A stretch of 44,462 nucleotides of DNA, filler included, from Catajapyx aquilonaris (GCA_000934665.2; 2 parts of 2 records of this genome joined end to end with filler, not necessarily neighbours in it), one strand, 5' to 3'; positions 9,158-20,897 are shown, counted from the whole stretch's first letter. The notes: generated by a model from the sequence alone, not told the origin. A program made the numbers and translations.

Positions 9158-12100
9158 GTCAGTAAAGTATATTACGGTTGTCCTTAGTTTTAATGGATAG
9201 TCTATCGTTTATCCGCACCTATAGAGACGCGGGGCGGGGGGGGGGGGTTGGGCGGGTCTGTCTCCAAACATTTTGGCTACGCGGCGCAAACAATTGGTTG
9301 CCGGGGGAGCACAACAAATGGCGTCATTTTACCCCTGCCACGCGAACCGATCAGATGAGTGCTGGGACCACGGACAAAGAACGCCATGAGGGTTGCTGCA
9401 GTCCCTTAACGCAAAAGAATGACAATCATGATGTAACACCAGCCGTGTTTTCTGAGGACATGATTGGAGGGGAGAGCCGGGTGGAAACGGGAGGATCGTG
9501 ACGTCATGTTCGTTCGTTGGTTTAACGGACTGTGTGAAGGTAAACTTCGCGCTTGGCAAAGCCCCTAACATTCGTTGGCCTGCGGCGCACAATGAGGACC
9601 GCATTGTAAGCGTATACAAACACACAATATTAGCGTCCAGCTCCGCTGTCGCCCCGCACAATACTAAAGTCTAAACATATCACACCGAGGCAGGTTGGTG
9701 GAGTGGATAAGGTGTCCGACTGCTGCTAATCGGGAGGTCCTGGGTTCGAGTCCCGGGGCCGGCGATCCTGACCCGTGGTTTTCTGTGGTTTCCCACGGTC
9801 CTCCCAGGAAAATTCCGGGGTCGCTTCCGTAAATAATAGGCCACAGCCGCCCCATTCCTTTCCTATCCTTGACCCGTCCATGGGGAGGTGCGGTGTCGGT
9901 GGGGCTTTCTGACCCGCACCTGGGGCTCTCTTGCAACCTGACCCTCGGGGGGACTGCACATGACCCCCAACATAAAGACAACGCACTTGCACCAGTGTCA
10001 CCTCCTCACAAATCCCTATCCTGATCCCTGCACCGGACAGAAAAATGCGAAAGAAAATTCGTAAAAAAAAATGCTCCAGCACAGGGTATCAAATTTGAAA
10101 AAAAAACTAAACATATCACGCACTGACGCCTACCGTGCCTGGCAGGGCCGCAGAAATGGACAGTACTGTTGCGGTAACAAAAAGCCATACAGCATCACCA
10201 ATACAAAGGGCTATTACATCCTATAATCATCTTAAAATCTGTCCCGAATAGAATCCTCGAAGACCCGAAAAGAATATTTAATAAAGCACAATTCCATGTA
10301 ATAATGGGATTTGCCAATTTGAGAACTGGCGCGATTCAGAAACTATTTCCTTGAATTATAAATACTTATACACCTTTGAAGAATAAATATAGTGTATGAC
10401 TGTTGCAATAAGAAAGGTTGTGGGAAGCTCGATAAAATATTTATATTGTTGGCCTAGATAAGGTGTGTAGTCTACTCTAAGGTGGTTTTGCCATGTCGAG
10501 AGGATGAAGGAGGAGGAGATTGTGAAGAAGGTTTATTTGGGTGGATTGATTTGCATCGGTTACATACGTTGTGAAATATGTATTAGATAGGACGCCTTGT
10601 AAGTTCTGTTGTAATTAGAACTTTAGGCTGAATGATTTTTTTTCTATCTTAGTTTCTGCCTCCTAACGCATGACTTAAAATTCAATATTATTAAAATATC
10701 ATAAGTACGGTAGATCAACCTTGGGAACGAATGGGTTAATGACTGCAACACAAACTAAAGTGGTGAGGGGAGTGGGCACAGAGTGGGCAGGGAGTGGGTT
10801 ACTACAACCTTCCTACAACATACGATCAACTCTTAATTCCTAATATCAAAAAAGTCCTCGGAAGTTATAATTACCAAGATCTCATAGTGCGGGTTGATAT
10901 CACTCTCACCTGCCCCGTCATGTCCTGAAATAGCAAACCATATTGGGAGAAAATATGTCGCGGTGATGCGGAGCACGCCCACTCCCCTCCCCACTAACCT
11001 TCCTGAATTTTAAGAAGGTCAAAATATGATACTTGTGAGCATAGCGCATTTGTTAAAAGGTTAGGATTCTGTTTGTCCATTAAAAGGTGGTTTAATTCCA
11101 CTCATTCCATAACAAAAGCTACAGTTCAGAAGACGTCATCGTCATTGTCCTGCTTCATGTTTCGGCTAATTTATTATGTTCAAAGAAGTTCCAAGCAGTG
11201 AGTGGTCAGAGGTCGGTGCAATATGAATATTATGGGAGTGTTTCTGACAACTCGGTATGGTGAGAATGTTGGCAAAATACTAGGAACCGGTATAGTGTAC
11301 ATATTCCATCTCTACAGGACTATGTTAACAAAATGAGGCTTTTAAATATCATTTCAAGTTTGAGAATAAGTAGCACAATTTACATAATGTCGCAATATGC
11401 GGTGTAATAAGATCATTATTATCTTATTACACCGCATATTGCGCCAGGCTGCCATAAATCGAGAACGACCAGGAGGCTACAGTGGTCATAGTGTTGATTA
11501 GTGGTGAGGTGATTCGACATAGCCCGCTTAATACCAGGCTGGTTTAATTTGTTGCAGGCGGGATGTCAGGCAACGAAGATGGTGTCATGCAAGGAAACGC
11601 AAACAGAGACCCAGTCAATGCCGGATAAGTGGACTCAGATGCCTCCTAATTGTAGTGAAAAAGCCCTGACTATGGAGAAGTTGATTGAGGTGTGTAACTC
11701 ATGAGAAAAAATAATGAACTTTATTACAAGTGTTGACATACAAATTATCAACTCTGCATGCATGTTACTTAGATTTGGAAAGGCTCAGGAGAAGAAAGAT
11801 GCTCATTATATGACGAAGATTTTGGAGAATACCCTCTAGTCAACTTAGCGCCCTTTTATACTCTTCGCGAGGCTATTTTGGTGAGTTGGTAACCTTTGTC
11901 TACAATGCTAATGATAAGGCACATCAAGTGAAGCACCAAGAATGAAAACGCGCATAACTCCAAAATAACCAATATTATGTTTGTGATCGAAAGGGGTATC
12001 ATACCATACGGTATATTATTATGCTGTATTTTTTTTACATTTTAGAAAGACACAGAGAGTACCAGCGTACAGCATTATGATGGGAAAAAATATTCCTGGA

Positions 12101-15100
12101 ATACAATCAAGGCGTACAAGGCAAGCAATTTTAAAAAAGTTAAATCTATTTATTTTCAATGCATGGATTAAAGGTCTTCTCAATGGGTCGTTACTAATGC
12201 CACGCGTATATGTCAGTACTGTACCACCTGCTAAACTCCTTACAATATTATATGGAAAATGGCGGTAACTACCCTATACTGTAATGTCTTTTGCGCAGCG
12301 GAATCGAAGCAGGTAACGTTTGAAAGAAGGACCGCCAACAAATGAACCTTTCAGTTCAAGCTCTGTATTCCCACTGACTCGCTTTACAAACACAAGCGAT
12401 AAAGAAAGCATCGTACAGTCAAAAGGGTCTGTTACATATACTGTATGCATGGCATTAAAAATGGGAAAATATTGTCAACAAGAAATTACACGATAAAAAG
12501 CATGGTGTCGAAATTTCATGGATAACTCTTTGTCTTGGACTCCTAACCAGGTTAATTAATTACCCACGGAAAAGTTGCCGCCATTGTGTAGTATAGGACT
12601 ATCAATGAAAAGCAGCAGTTAGTATCATTCTGACTATTAAGCGTGTGTTTTGCAGCTACTTAAACTAACTGTAAGTGGATTAAAGCATTATAATGACCTT
12701 TGGGGACAGGCCTTATTGTAAACAAATGAAGACCTCGGGGGAAGAACGATCAAGGTCCACTTTTTGTCACAAATGAGTTACATATCTCAGAAGATAGTTT
12801 CACTACCATAGAATATGATGGTTTGGCCGTGGTTGTGGAATAATGATCATAGGTCACTATGGAAGGCCCCGAAAGTGGGATTTACAATATAACTTTATGG
12901 GGCCTTCGAAATTTTAAATTGCAATATCTCAGCTTCACCTGAGGTGGACCTTGATCGTTCTTCCCCCAAGGTCTTCAAATTTACCTGCCGTTGCAAATTA
13001 TTCTTGAATTTCTCTGGTGTGCCATGCAGTATATGTCGCAATTTCTGGAAGAAAGAGAGAGGTTTGGCTCTATAACCTCAGACGCAAAGAATTCAGTAGA
13101 ACTCCAGACACATGCATGCATTTGGCTGACAGGATTGTCGACAACACATGCATTTTTTTCTGACAACACTGGTGATGGAAGGAAAATCATCACAGTGTCT
13201 AAGAAGGTGATGGATTATCGCTGGGAAGATTGTGTCGTTATATAAAAACATGCATATATTTTCCAGCTTCCTGCTTCAAAAGGCGGGAAACATGGTCTTA
13301 TTAGTCCTGCAGTCAAAAATATAGTATGTGTTTGGGACATGATCGATCCTAGAACACCACAGCATGTGATGGTGTGTCCTGAAGATATAGTTGTGGCCTG
13401 TTCAGGATTTGGAAAGTGGATAGCTTTTGCAGGGCTCAGTGACGGGTAAATATACGATAGCATAATATTTTATCTGCCACCTGTTTTGACATTTTTTTTT
13501 GTTGTCATCTAGATCGGTTGTGTCATGGCAAACCCCCAAGGCAGCGCTAACAGCATACCTTGAGATAGCACTACAGGATTTAATTGAGCCAATATCGCCT
13601 CACTTTCTCCAGGACAGAACCGATTACCTATCACGTACGTTCCCAACAGTAGCCTACCGTATCTCTCTGTATTACTGGCAACATCCTTAACCATAAACTA
13701 ATGTAGAAGTGAGCTATCTAGGAGATATTATGCAATATGAGACAGGAAGGAAGTAATAGTTGAAATGGACAATGACAACTGAAAAATTCAAAAATAGAAT
13801 AACAAACATTTTCAAGAATTACCGTACCGTACATTGCATTGAAAAATAATTTTGCTTCTGGTCTACTCTAAATGAAACAATAGTTTTTTCTGCAACTTCC
13901 TGTCGTATCTTACAGATAGCCAGCTTTTATACGTGAATGAAATTCATTTTGTGTAACATGGCCATTAATCCATATGTATGTGCATCGCACAATTCACAGG
14001 TTTATCGATGATGCATAATTAGATGTATGGTAATTTATGGGAAAACAAAGCTAGAATTCATTTAGTGATAATTCTGTAAAGGTAGAACTAAAACATGTGA
14101 GTTAGATGTTCTGTTGTTGTTTAGAATGTGATTCTACACCAGGGCAGGGCTGTGTTATTTTCGTGCCTGAAGGGGGCGCGGGCGCAGTCTTATATCACTT
14201 GAAAAATACTGTAGAACGTATTTGGTAGGAAATTTAATATTCTGTGGCGAAACGCGTCGTTAATCCGGAAAAACACAAAGTAGGTGCCCTGCGAAAAGAT
14301 TTGGCCTTTACAATGGTACCATTCTCGACACGATTGCATTAAAATTGTGGACATACGGGTGCAGACGTATGTCCGATTTTTTCGTGATTTATTCGCCATG
14401 TTATTCAAATAGAATTTTCGGACATTCGTTTTCCTATCACTTAAACTATCCGTAAAGGTCATTTCTAGGCCGTAAACGGAAAAAAAGACGAAGTAGGTGC
14501 CCTGATCCAGATCGTCTACTATTTTTTGGTGCAATTTCTCTCTCAATTGTATCATTTTTGAGGCAGCTATAGATGCAGAGCCAGCTATTTTACCGTAGGT
14601 TTGCTACTACCCCCCTGAATAAGTCGTTGAAACGCTATCACAGCCTTGCTCTGCCAAAGTGGAAGTGGAACTATTGGTTGGCACTTAATGTTATGCATTC
14701 GTTATGCAATCCTTTTTTGCAAGAATAAGGCACTGAAACAATATGGAAAAATATGTTTTTAGGAGAATAATTTGCAGAGAAGTATAGAGTGCCCTGATAA
14801 TAGAGTCGGAATTGGTTGAGAAATGGCAAACAATGAAAAAAATACATGATTATGATTGTAATGTTTCAAATAAAGTTCTCCCGATAGGTGCAAGAGAGAT
14901 ACACTGTGACGCAGTCGTTGCTGTAGCAACATTGGAAAAGATCACGGAGTCATTCCCGGGATGTCCTCCTATTTCAAATAACAGGGTAGATCTTTGACAT
15001 CATGCAGTGAGCCTGTCGCGTTTCATAATCACATGTCATTATAATCCTTTTTTTTCTAGCTGTGTTCCATGGATACCTATGGAACTATTTTAATTTGGGC

Positions 15101-18100
15101 ACCCTACTGGACCACTTTCCTGGAGATAATAATTCCTGAGCATCATCGTGAGCGTCGTTCTTATACGTCAGAGATGTACTTAGTGGGCAAAGTGCAGCTG
15201 AATTGCATTATGTCCAGTCCTATAATGGAATTTCCTCTTTGGATGAGTTGCTCAGCCATGAAATTGAACAAAACACAAGACTATTTCTACATAGGCAGTC
15301 ATTGTGGATGTACGGAAATAATTCCTGTAGATGGACATCCAAATCGTCTGACTAGTCCCGAGGATGAAATATATGGCATCAAGGCAACCACAGAAAGGCA
15401 TTATCATTGTATAACCGGTGAGAAATGCAGGGTGACATAACTATAGTATTAATATTGCACAAATATCCATGTTTTAATATATTACTCTCATCTTATTTTT
15501 AGGCACGAAAAAGGAAATTATCACCTGCATTGAGGTGTGTCCCTTTGACGCTGGAGTTATAGCGGTAAGAAATATTAACTGGTAATGTACATTAAGGTCT
15601 ATACTATGCCACATTTTTTGTACTTCAGTTATATAGTTTAATATATTATAAATTAAAGACTATTATATTTTAAGGGCGATAGCCCTTAAGTAAGACCGTA
15701 GCATAGATTTCAACAATGTTTCAACAATGAATTTTTCCTACTTGTTCTTGTTGTTGTTCTTGTTACGCTTTTTTTATTCGCCCTAACTCAAGTTCTGCTG
15801 TAGGTAGAGCTTCCAAATTTTTAACACAGATCCCCACCGTCGTGACTTGATTTCCTACCATTTACACTTTTACTTAATTCCTCTTCAAAACGCCGCAAAA
15901 AATTTACAACCACCAAAAAATACGTCTCAATTTATTTGCTCAATAACTATTCTGAATTCGGTTCCTTCTTCAACTGGCCGAAGATGCAGTAGGATGGTGC
16001 GGATCTATGTTCAAAATCTCACAGTTCCCACTGCTACAGGATTGGAGCTGTGATTTTTTTACCTCGTATTTTTTCTGTCATTAATTCATTAGTTCATAAT
16101 GCCATCACCTAGAAACGTCAATTCTTGTTTACCAACTAGCCATATTGTTATTAGCGAAATGTTATACCTGCCGCTGCTATAAGGTGAACGCATTGTACAG
16201 TACTTATTACAGATTTACAGTTGAATCCGGATATAACAGCCTCGGCTATAACAGACTTGGTTATAAAGGCTGTCCCATGCTTCCATTAGGCACTGTGTAT
16301 TTTCACTCCTGATATAACAGACTCATTTTCACCTCACCTCGGGTATAACAGACCATTTCTTGGACCCTCGGTGGGAAAATATTGTTTTCCAGGTATAAAA
16401 TTTGCAAAAAGGAGACGGCAGAAGGAAATTTCGCCTATTTTGGTCCTGCATAATTTTCGGGTGAGCCATCAATATTGCATTTGTGACAGATTTCATTAAT
16501 CGGTATGTAGTCTAATAGTGCATAGTACAGCCATATTGAAAGCAGAAATTTATGTTTTCGTTGCGTGACGATTCGGCTATAACAGGCCCGGTTATAACAT
16601 ACTTTTTCCGCAGTCTCTTGAAGTTTGCTTTATCCGGATTCAACTGTTAAATGAGACTAACCGTTGGCTGGTAGCACTCGACTTTCGTTTCTTTACGACT
16701 GTCTCTGTGAAAATAATTTTAGGGACTTCTAAGCGACGAAAATCGTCTCCAATGCATTCATAGTGCAGACTGTATAGTGTAGCGCATAAGTTACGTGTAC
16801 TGTCAAAAAAGAACTGAAATTATATCAAAAACTTTCCCTTCAGTAAAAAAAAGAGAAGTAAGACCTCCGCGGCGGAATGAAGGTACTGAAACAAGGCAGG
16901 CGCACGTAAGACCTTCACCAATTGATTTAAGCTGTACCATAGGTCTTACTCAAGCAATTCTCAAGTACGGTATGGAACGGCTCGTAAAATGACTGCTGCA
17001 AACTACTCAGAGCAGTATAGGTAGGATTTTATTATGAAAGGAAAAAAAATGGGGGAAAAACTAAACCCATTCTAACAGACTCTGTCCGATCGAAAACGAC
17101 CCTCTAAAATTCACCAATTAACGTTTATATGTGAAAAATTAAACGTTAGAGTTAAAATCAGCATCTAAAAGAGGTGACGATTCTGCATGAATGTTTCATG
17201 GCAATAATTCGCACTAATCGCATAGAAATTCAATGTGCTTAATATTGAAGTTCCTAATTTCATAAAACACTAATATGGAGTGGCTCATGGAAAATTAATG
17301 GGCAGAATTTTCGTCGTACTACTATTACTATTAACTATAGGTCTGTAGTTACTGCTAACTTAGCAGTACAATTGCAGTACACTGGTACTGCTGTTAGAAG
17401 TAGGCCTAATTAGTAGTAGGACGAAAATTCCACAAATTGGTTTCAGAAAGGAGACTTCATGAGCAGTGAATAATTGGAAATTGCTTGAGTAAGACCTATG
17501 GTACAGCTTAAATCAATTGGTGAAGGTCTTACGTGCGCCTGCCTTGTTTCAGTACCTTCATTCCGCCGCGGAGGTCTTACTTCTCTTTTTTTTACTGAAG
17601 GGAAAGTTTTTGATATAATTGGTGTATGTAGACGCAGAGATGGTGAGAGTTCACAGAGCAATCAAAATTTAACAGAACCCCGAATGTGTGTACAGGTCTT
17701 CAATTAGCTCAGGGGACGGAAATTTGTGTGTTTTTTATTTTACTATAGCTGTGGGGATGTGTGTCCCCACAATTTAATTGTGGGGACATTTTCAGGTCCC
17801 CACTCATGCACACACGCGCTGTGTACTAGTACAGTGGGGACATGTCCCCACTATTTTCATTCGTAGGGTTTCACAAAAGTCCATTTTTCTCAGCCTAGGT
17901 GAGTTAGGGTAGGGTAGATTAGGTAGGGTAGATTAGGTAGGGTAGATTAGGTAGGGTAGGGTAGGGTAGGGTAGGGTAGGGTAGGGTAGGTTATGTTAGG
18001 TTAGGTTAGTATACACTAGCTTCGAAAAGTGGAATTTTCACGTCCCCACAGCTAATTCAGAACAGAACTGCGTGTGNGGGGGGGCTTGTTGAGTTGTTGG

Positions 18101-20699
18101 CAGATTCAGCCCTTCTGCGAAACTGACTGGTCATGTCACTTACGTATATTGTTATCTCAGGATAAGAGAATAGTGCTTTTAAAAAAGTTTCCATGCATAC
18201 AATCCTGGTATACGTATAATATACAGGGTGTCCCACAAATTACGCTACCCAGAATTACTTCCATAACATCAACACAAATGATGATATTGCAACGAAATTT
18301 GAACTGAACTAACCTTGTCATGTGTGATTTGAAATGGCATCACAACGTGTGTTGGAAATGGCCACCATTAGCGGCCAGGCAGGTCTCAACACGGCGCGAC
18401 ATATTTTGGAATGTTCTGGCCAGCATATCCTGCGGTACTGCCTGAATTTCCTGGACGATGTTGTCCTTCAAGGACTGTATGGACCGTGGATTGTTGCGGT
18501 ACACTCTTCCTTTCAGAAACCCCCATAAGAAGTAATCAGGTGGCGTAAGATCGGGCGACCGCGGTGGCCACAGTCCCTTCGAAATGACTCGGTCGCCGAA
18601 GAAGGACTTTATTTCGGCCATGCTGACATGTGATGTGTGGCATGTCACCCCATCCTGTTGAAAATATCCAGTCGAAAGTTCCACATCGTTTGGATCAGGA
18701 AGCAAGGACATCCGCCGCGCGCCACTGCTCAGGTGTCGTCTGGCCGATTCGTCGCTCCAGCGTCAGTTTTACAGCACCCACATTTGCCAGACCCATTCCA
18801 ATTCCTTTCTCACGTGTTGAGGTTGCTTCAGTTCAAATTCCGTTGCAATATCTTCATTTGTGTTACAGTTATTAATGTAATTCTGGGTAGCGTAATTTGT
18901 GGGACACCCTGTATAAGACACCCTTTATTTAATGCTGATCATCTCCGTAACGAGGTTGCGACGACCTCTATATGGAGTGATCCTCCGGTGTACAAGCGTT
19001 CAATGTAGAAGTTTGTTAAAATATAATATTTTTTTACGAACATCCTTTATAACAACAAAGATTATGAATGACTACTGGCAGTAAAGGACACTTGGCCCCG
19101 AATCTTATATAATTAGCCTATATACTTTTTCAAAGTAACTTATTCAAAGGTACGATTAGAATAGTGATGAACTCGCGAAATTCTATTGAAATCAAGGAAC
19201 TAATTGCTCGAGTTTAGGTCGCCTCCCTGACCGCCGATTTCCCTGAGCGCCAAAACAGATTAGTTAGGCAGGGTGCCAACCCCGGGGAGACGTTAGGATC
19301 ATGTGAGAATAATATGCTTACGCAAATAGCAGTTATATAAGCTGCTATTTTCGGCCCTGCTCTAACGGTCGTTACTCTAAGCTGTTATTAGGCTTAATCC
19401 GCTGAAAATCATAAGCTACGAGATCCGGATCCAAAATGGCGGCTCCTTTAGGAAGTTGAGCGGAAAGTAGCAGCTTATATAACTGCTCATTCCATTGGGC
19501 AGTGACAGCTTTCTGAATATTCTCACTCTCAGGTTGCATCAGTTGGCAGGCCTGTTTTGGCACTCAGGGAATTCGGCGGTCAGGGAGGCGACGACCGACC
19601 CCTCGAGTTTCACTTGGGAGACTTCAAAAATAAGCGAAATTTATCCACTCTCAAGATATCTAGGCATACTCGAGCCCAGCCCACGGACACTTATACTACG
19701 TTCTGGCGTTATCACCTGCCGAGGCATTTTGCACCGGGTGCTCACCTGAGACCGCCATGAGACATTCGGAGGCCACGATAAGTGGCGACCCCACCGGACT
19801 CAGGCTGAACTTCATAGGTACGAAAGGGGAGGGCTACATTGGGGGGCCAAACGTGGCCGCCGGCGGCCATGTTGGGCCAGTATGTCCTCGTACCTATGAA
19901 GTTCAGCCTGAGTCCGGTGGGGTCGCCACTTATCGTGGCCTCCGAATGTCTCATGGCGGTGTCAGGTGAGCACCCTGTGTAAAATGCCTCGGCAGGGGGT
20001 GGGTGGGAGTGACCAGACCTTACTTATATGACCGTGCTCGAGCCTAGCCTACTGCATTTTGTGTGTCAGTATACCATGCCATAAGCTTCACCATTGCATA
20101 TTATCATACCCTTGAAGAAAGAAGTCATTTTAATTTTTCAGTTATTCGCAAGAGTAACTTTCCACCTCTTGTGTATTATTATGTTGGACATAGTTCCTAT
20201 TAGGTTTATGTGTTGCGATGGAAATATGCTATGCTACGCTATACTACAGTATAATAATTGATGCAGCATAACACAAAATTATGAACGTGTCAACTTCACA
20301 GGTAGGAAACACGCAAGGAGAAATACGCTTTCTGCGGGAGAGTGTGTCATTAATGCCATCCTTTTCCCTGAGCTCTCCTGAAGAGGACACTACAATTGTG
20401 TCCATCAAATGGGACCCCAACAGACCATGTCTGATAATGCATCTAGACTCCAGGTCAAGGTGAGATGCGTGGTATACGGACTCTCCACTGTATTCGTGGC
20501 TTGGCTTCAACAACTTTTGTTAAAATAGGTTGTACTTCTGGGATTTGACTGAATCAGTGACTGTTCCCAAGCAAGTTGTTAACTTGTCAAAATCGGGGGC
20601 TATCTCTTTGAATGTGACCCGCCATCCAACTCACGGAAATACCATCCTGGTCAGTATTTACACCACGTCTTTTAGTTTTAATTGATGCTGAACAACAGC

Positions 20700-20763
<64 letters not shown>

Positions 20764-20897
20764 GTTTCTTACAGCTGCTGGGATATGGAACTGGAAGAGT
20801 TCAGATGTTTCCTGTGTCCTGCCAAGACTACCGGTACTTCTTGGGATGCATCCCCATGGAGTTGAAGACTCTGAAATCACTCATGATGACAGACTGA
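9065..20897 (+). CDS. DYNC2I1: WDR60/DYNC2I1-like cytoplasmic dynein-2 intermediate chain; 12 exons, ~576 aa recovered, 5' end unresolved
   Basis: Exons 9065-9157, 11558-11689, 11773-11880, 13030-13206, 13267-13445, 13513-13634, 14888-14985, 15060-15417, 15503-15564, 20302-20459, 20529-20649, 20775-20897. All junctions are GT-AG and phase-compatible. Motif order (ETQTE..KWTQMP, FLEE, VCVWD..P, AGLSDGSVVSW, SMD..G.I.IW, CPF, IKWDPNRP, LYFWDL) parallels WDR60 as recalled. Confidence 0.82.
9684..10106 (+). mobile_element. Full-length tRNA-derived SINE with A-tail and 13-bp TSD
   Basis: A box TGGTGGAGTGG and B box GGTTCGAGTCC. Body GGTTTTCTGTGGTTTCCC...GGCCACAGCCG resembles arthropod Lm1/Talua-type SINEs. 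TSD CTAAACATATCAC at 9671-9683 and 10107-10119. Confidence 0.88.
10477..10545 (+). pseudogene. RTE-clade LINE C-terminal fragment
   Basis: Translates LRWFCHVERMKEEEIVKKVYLGG, matching the LRWFGHVxRM motif. Confidence 0.6.
11391..11443. repeat. Perfect hairpin, 23-bp arms and 7-nt loop
   Basis: CGCAATATGCGGTGTAATAAGAT-CATTATT-ATCTTATTACACCGCATATTGCG. Confidence 0.9.
11558..11689 (+). CDS. DYNC2I1: WDR60-like exon AGCQATKMVSCKETQTETQSMPDKWTQMPP...
   Basis: ttgcag|GCG...GAG|gtgtgt; QT motif (LC8-binding type) and WTQxP. Confidence 0.8.
11773..11880 (+). CDS. DYNC2I1: WDR60-like exon IWKGSGEERC...TLREAIL
   Basis: ttag|ATT...TTG|gtgagt; open, phase 0/0. Confidence 0.75.
12728..12976. mobile_element. 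MITE with 4-bp AAAT TSD (Sola1-like)
   Basis: TIR GAAGACCT(C/T)GGGGGAAGAACGATCAAGGTCCAC; AAAT at 12724-12727 and 12977-12980. Confidence 0.8.
13030..13206 (+). CDS. DYNC2I1: WDR60-like exon YMSQFLEER...IITVSKK
   Basis: tgcag|TAT...AAG|gtgatg; phase 0/0. Confidence 0.78.
13267..13445 (+). CDS. DYNC2I1: WDR60-like exon LPASK...IVCVWDMIDPRTPQHVMVC...FAGLSDG
   Basis: ttccag|CTT...GG|gtaaat; WD40 blade motif. Confidence 0.88.
13513..13634 (+). CDS. DYNC2I1: WDR60-like exon SVVSWQTP...DYLS
   Basis: ctag|A...C|gtacgt; phase 2/1. Confidence 0.78.
14145..14648. mobile_element. Old hAT-like non-autonomous element
   Basis: Short imperfect TIRs CAGGGCTGTG / CACAGCCTTG and an internal duplicated AAGTAGGTGCCCTG. 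No TSD. Confidence 0.4.
14888..14985 (+). CDS. DYNC2I1: WDR60-like exon AREIHCDAVVAVAT...NNR
   Basis: atag|GT...AGG|gtagat; phase 1/0. Confidence 0.78.
15060..15417 (+). CDS. DYNC2I1: WDR60-like exon LCSMDTYGTILIW...YFYIGS...HCIT
   Basis: ttttctag|CTG...G|gtgaga; coincides with ORF 15069-15440. Confidence 0.85.
15503..15564 (+). CDS. DYNC2I1: WDR60-like exon TKKEIITCIEVCPFDAGVIA
   Basis: ttttag|GC...GCG|gtaaga; phase 1/0. Confidence 0.85.
16218..16646. mobile_element. pogo/Tigger-like MITE
   Basis: TA|CAGTTGAATCCGGATA ... TATCCGGATTCAACTG, with repeated subterminal TATAACAG motifs. Confidence 0.8.
16818..17620. mobile_element. MITE with 142-bp apparently perfect TIRs
   Basis: 16818-16959 is the reverse complement of 17479-17620. 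TSD ambiguous (AATT or TA). Confidence 0.85.
17702..18057. mobile_element. MITE with GTGGGGAC subrepeats and a (GGTAG/GGTTA)n tract
   Basis: Imperfect TIRs AATTAGCTCAGGGGACG / CGTCCCCACAGCTAATT; pentamer tract at ~17895-18009. Confidence 0.6.
18224..18911 (-). mobile_element. Internally deleted Tc1/mariner element (rosa/DD41D-like)
   Basis: TA|CAGGGTGTCCCACAAATTACGCTACCCAGAATTAC TIRs with TA TSD on both sides. Confidence 0.92.
18340..18711 (-). pseudogene. C-terminal transposase fragment
   Basis: FQQDG...WPPRSPDLTPPDYFLWGFLK...CLAANGGHFQH; the N-terminal half is missing. Confidence 0.9.
19207..19607. repeat. Nested inverted repeats (fold-back MITE interior)
   Basis: ~19207-19258 pairs with ~19552-19607, and ~19328-19352 pairs with ~19463-19487. 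Confidence 0.7.
19715..19996. repeat. GC-rich fold-back with ~109-bp arms and a palindromic spacer
   Basis: 19715-19823 is nearly the reverse complement of 19888-19996. The spacer contains GGCCAAACGTGGCCGCCGGCGGCCATGTTGGGCC. Confidence 0.85.
20302..20459 (+). CDS. DYNC2I1: WDR60-like exon VGNTQGEIRF...IVSIKWDPNRPCLIMHLDSRS
   Basis: cacag|GTA...AG|gtgaga; WD40 motif. Confidence 0.85.
20529..20649 (+). CDS. DYNC2I1: WDR60-like exon LYFWDLTESVTVPKQVV...NTIL
   Basis: atag|G...CTG|gtcagt; WDL motif. Confidence 0.85.
20700..20762. repeat. (AAT)n microsatellite in the last intron
   Basis: ~21 AAT units. Confidence 0.95.
20775..20897 (+). CDS. DYNC2I1: WDR60-like terminal exon LLGYGTGRVQMF...LKSLMMTD*
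   Basis: ttacag|CTG...TGA; AATAAA at 20959-20964. Confidence 0.82.
   Translation: MLGYGTGRVQMFPVSCQDYRYFLGCIPMELKTLKSLMMTD

Noticed and set aside
17895..18009. Interstitial (TTAGG)n telomere
   Set aside because: Mostly GGTAG variants enclosed by MITE TIRs.
19742..19969. Paired near-identical ORFs on opposite strands (also 16795/17443, 4963/5903, 39775/40137)
   Set aside because: By-products of inverted repeats.
20378..20410. Hammerhead-like CTGAAGA followed by a GGACAC/GTGTCC stem
   Set aside because: No GAAA after the stem, and it lies within a WDR60-like coding exon.
20587..20897. Poly-Asn and poly-Tyr ORFs
   Set aside because: Translations of an intronic (AAT)n microsatellite; only 20775-20897 is exonic.
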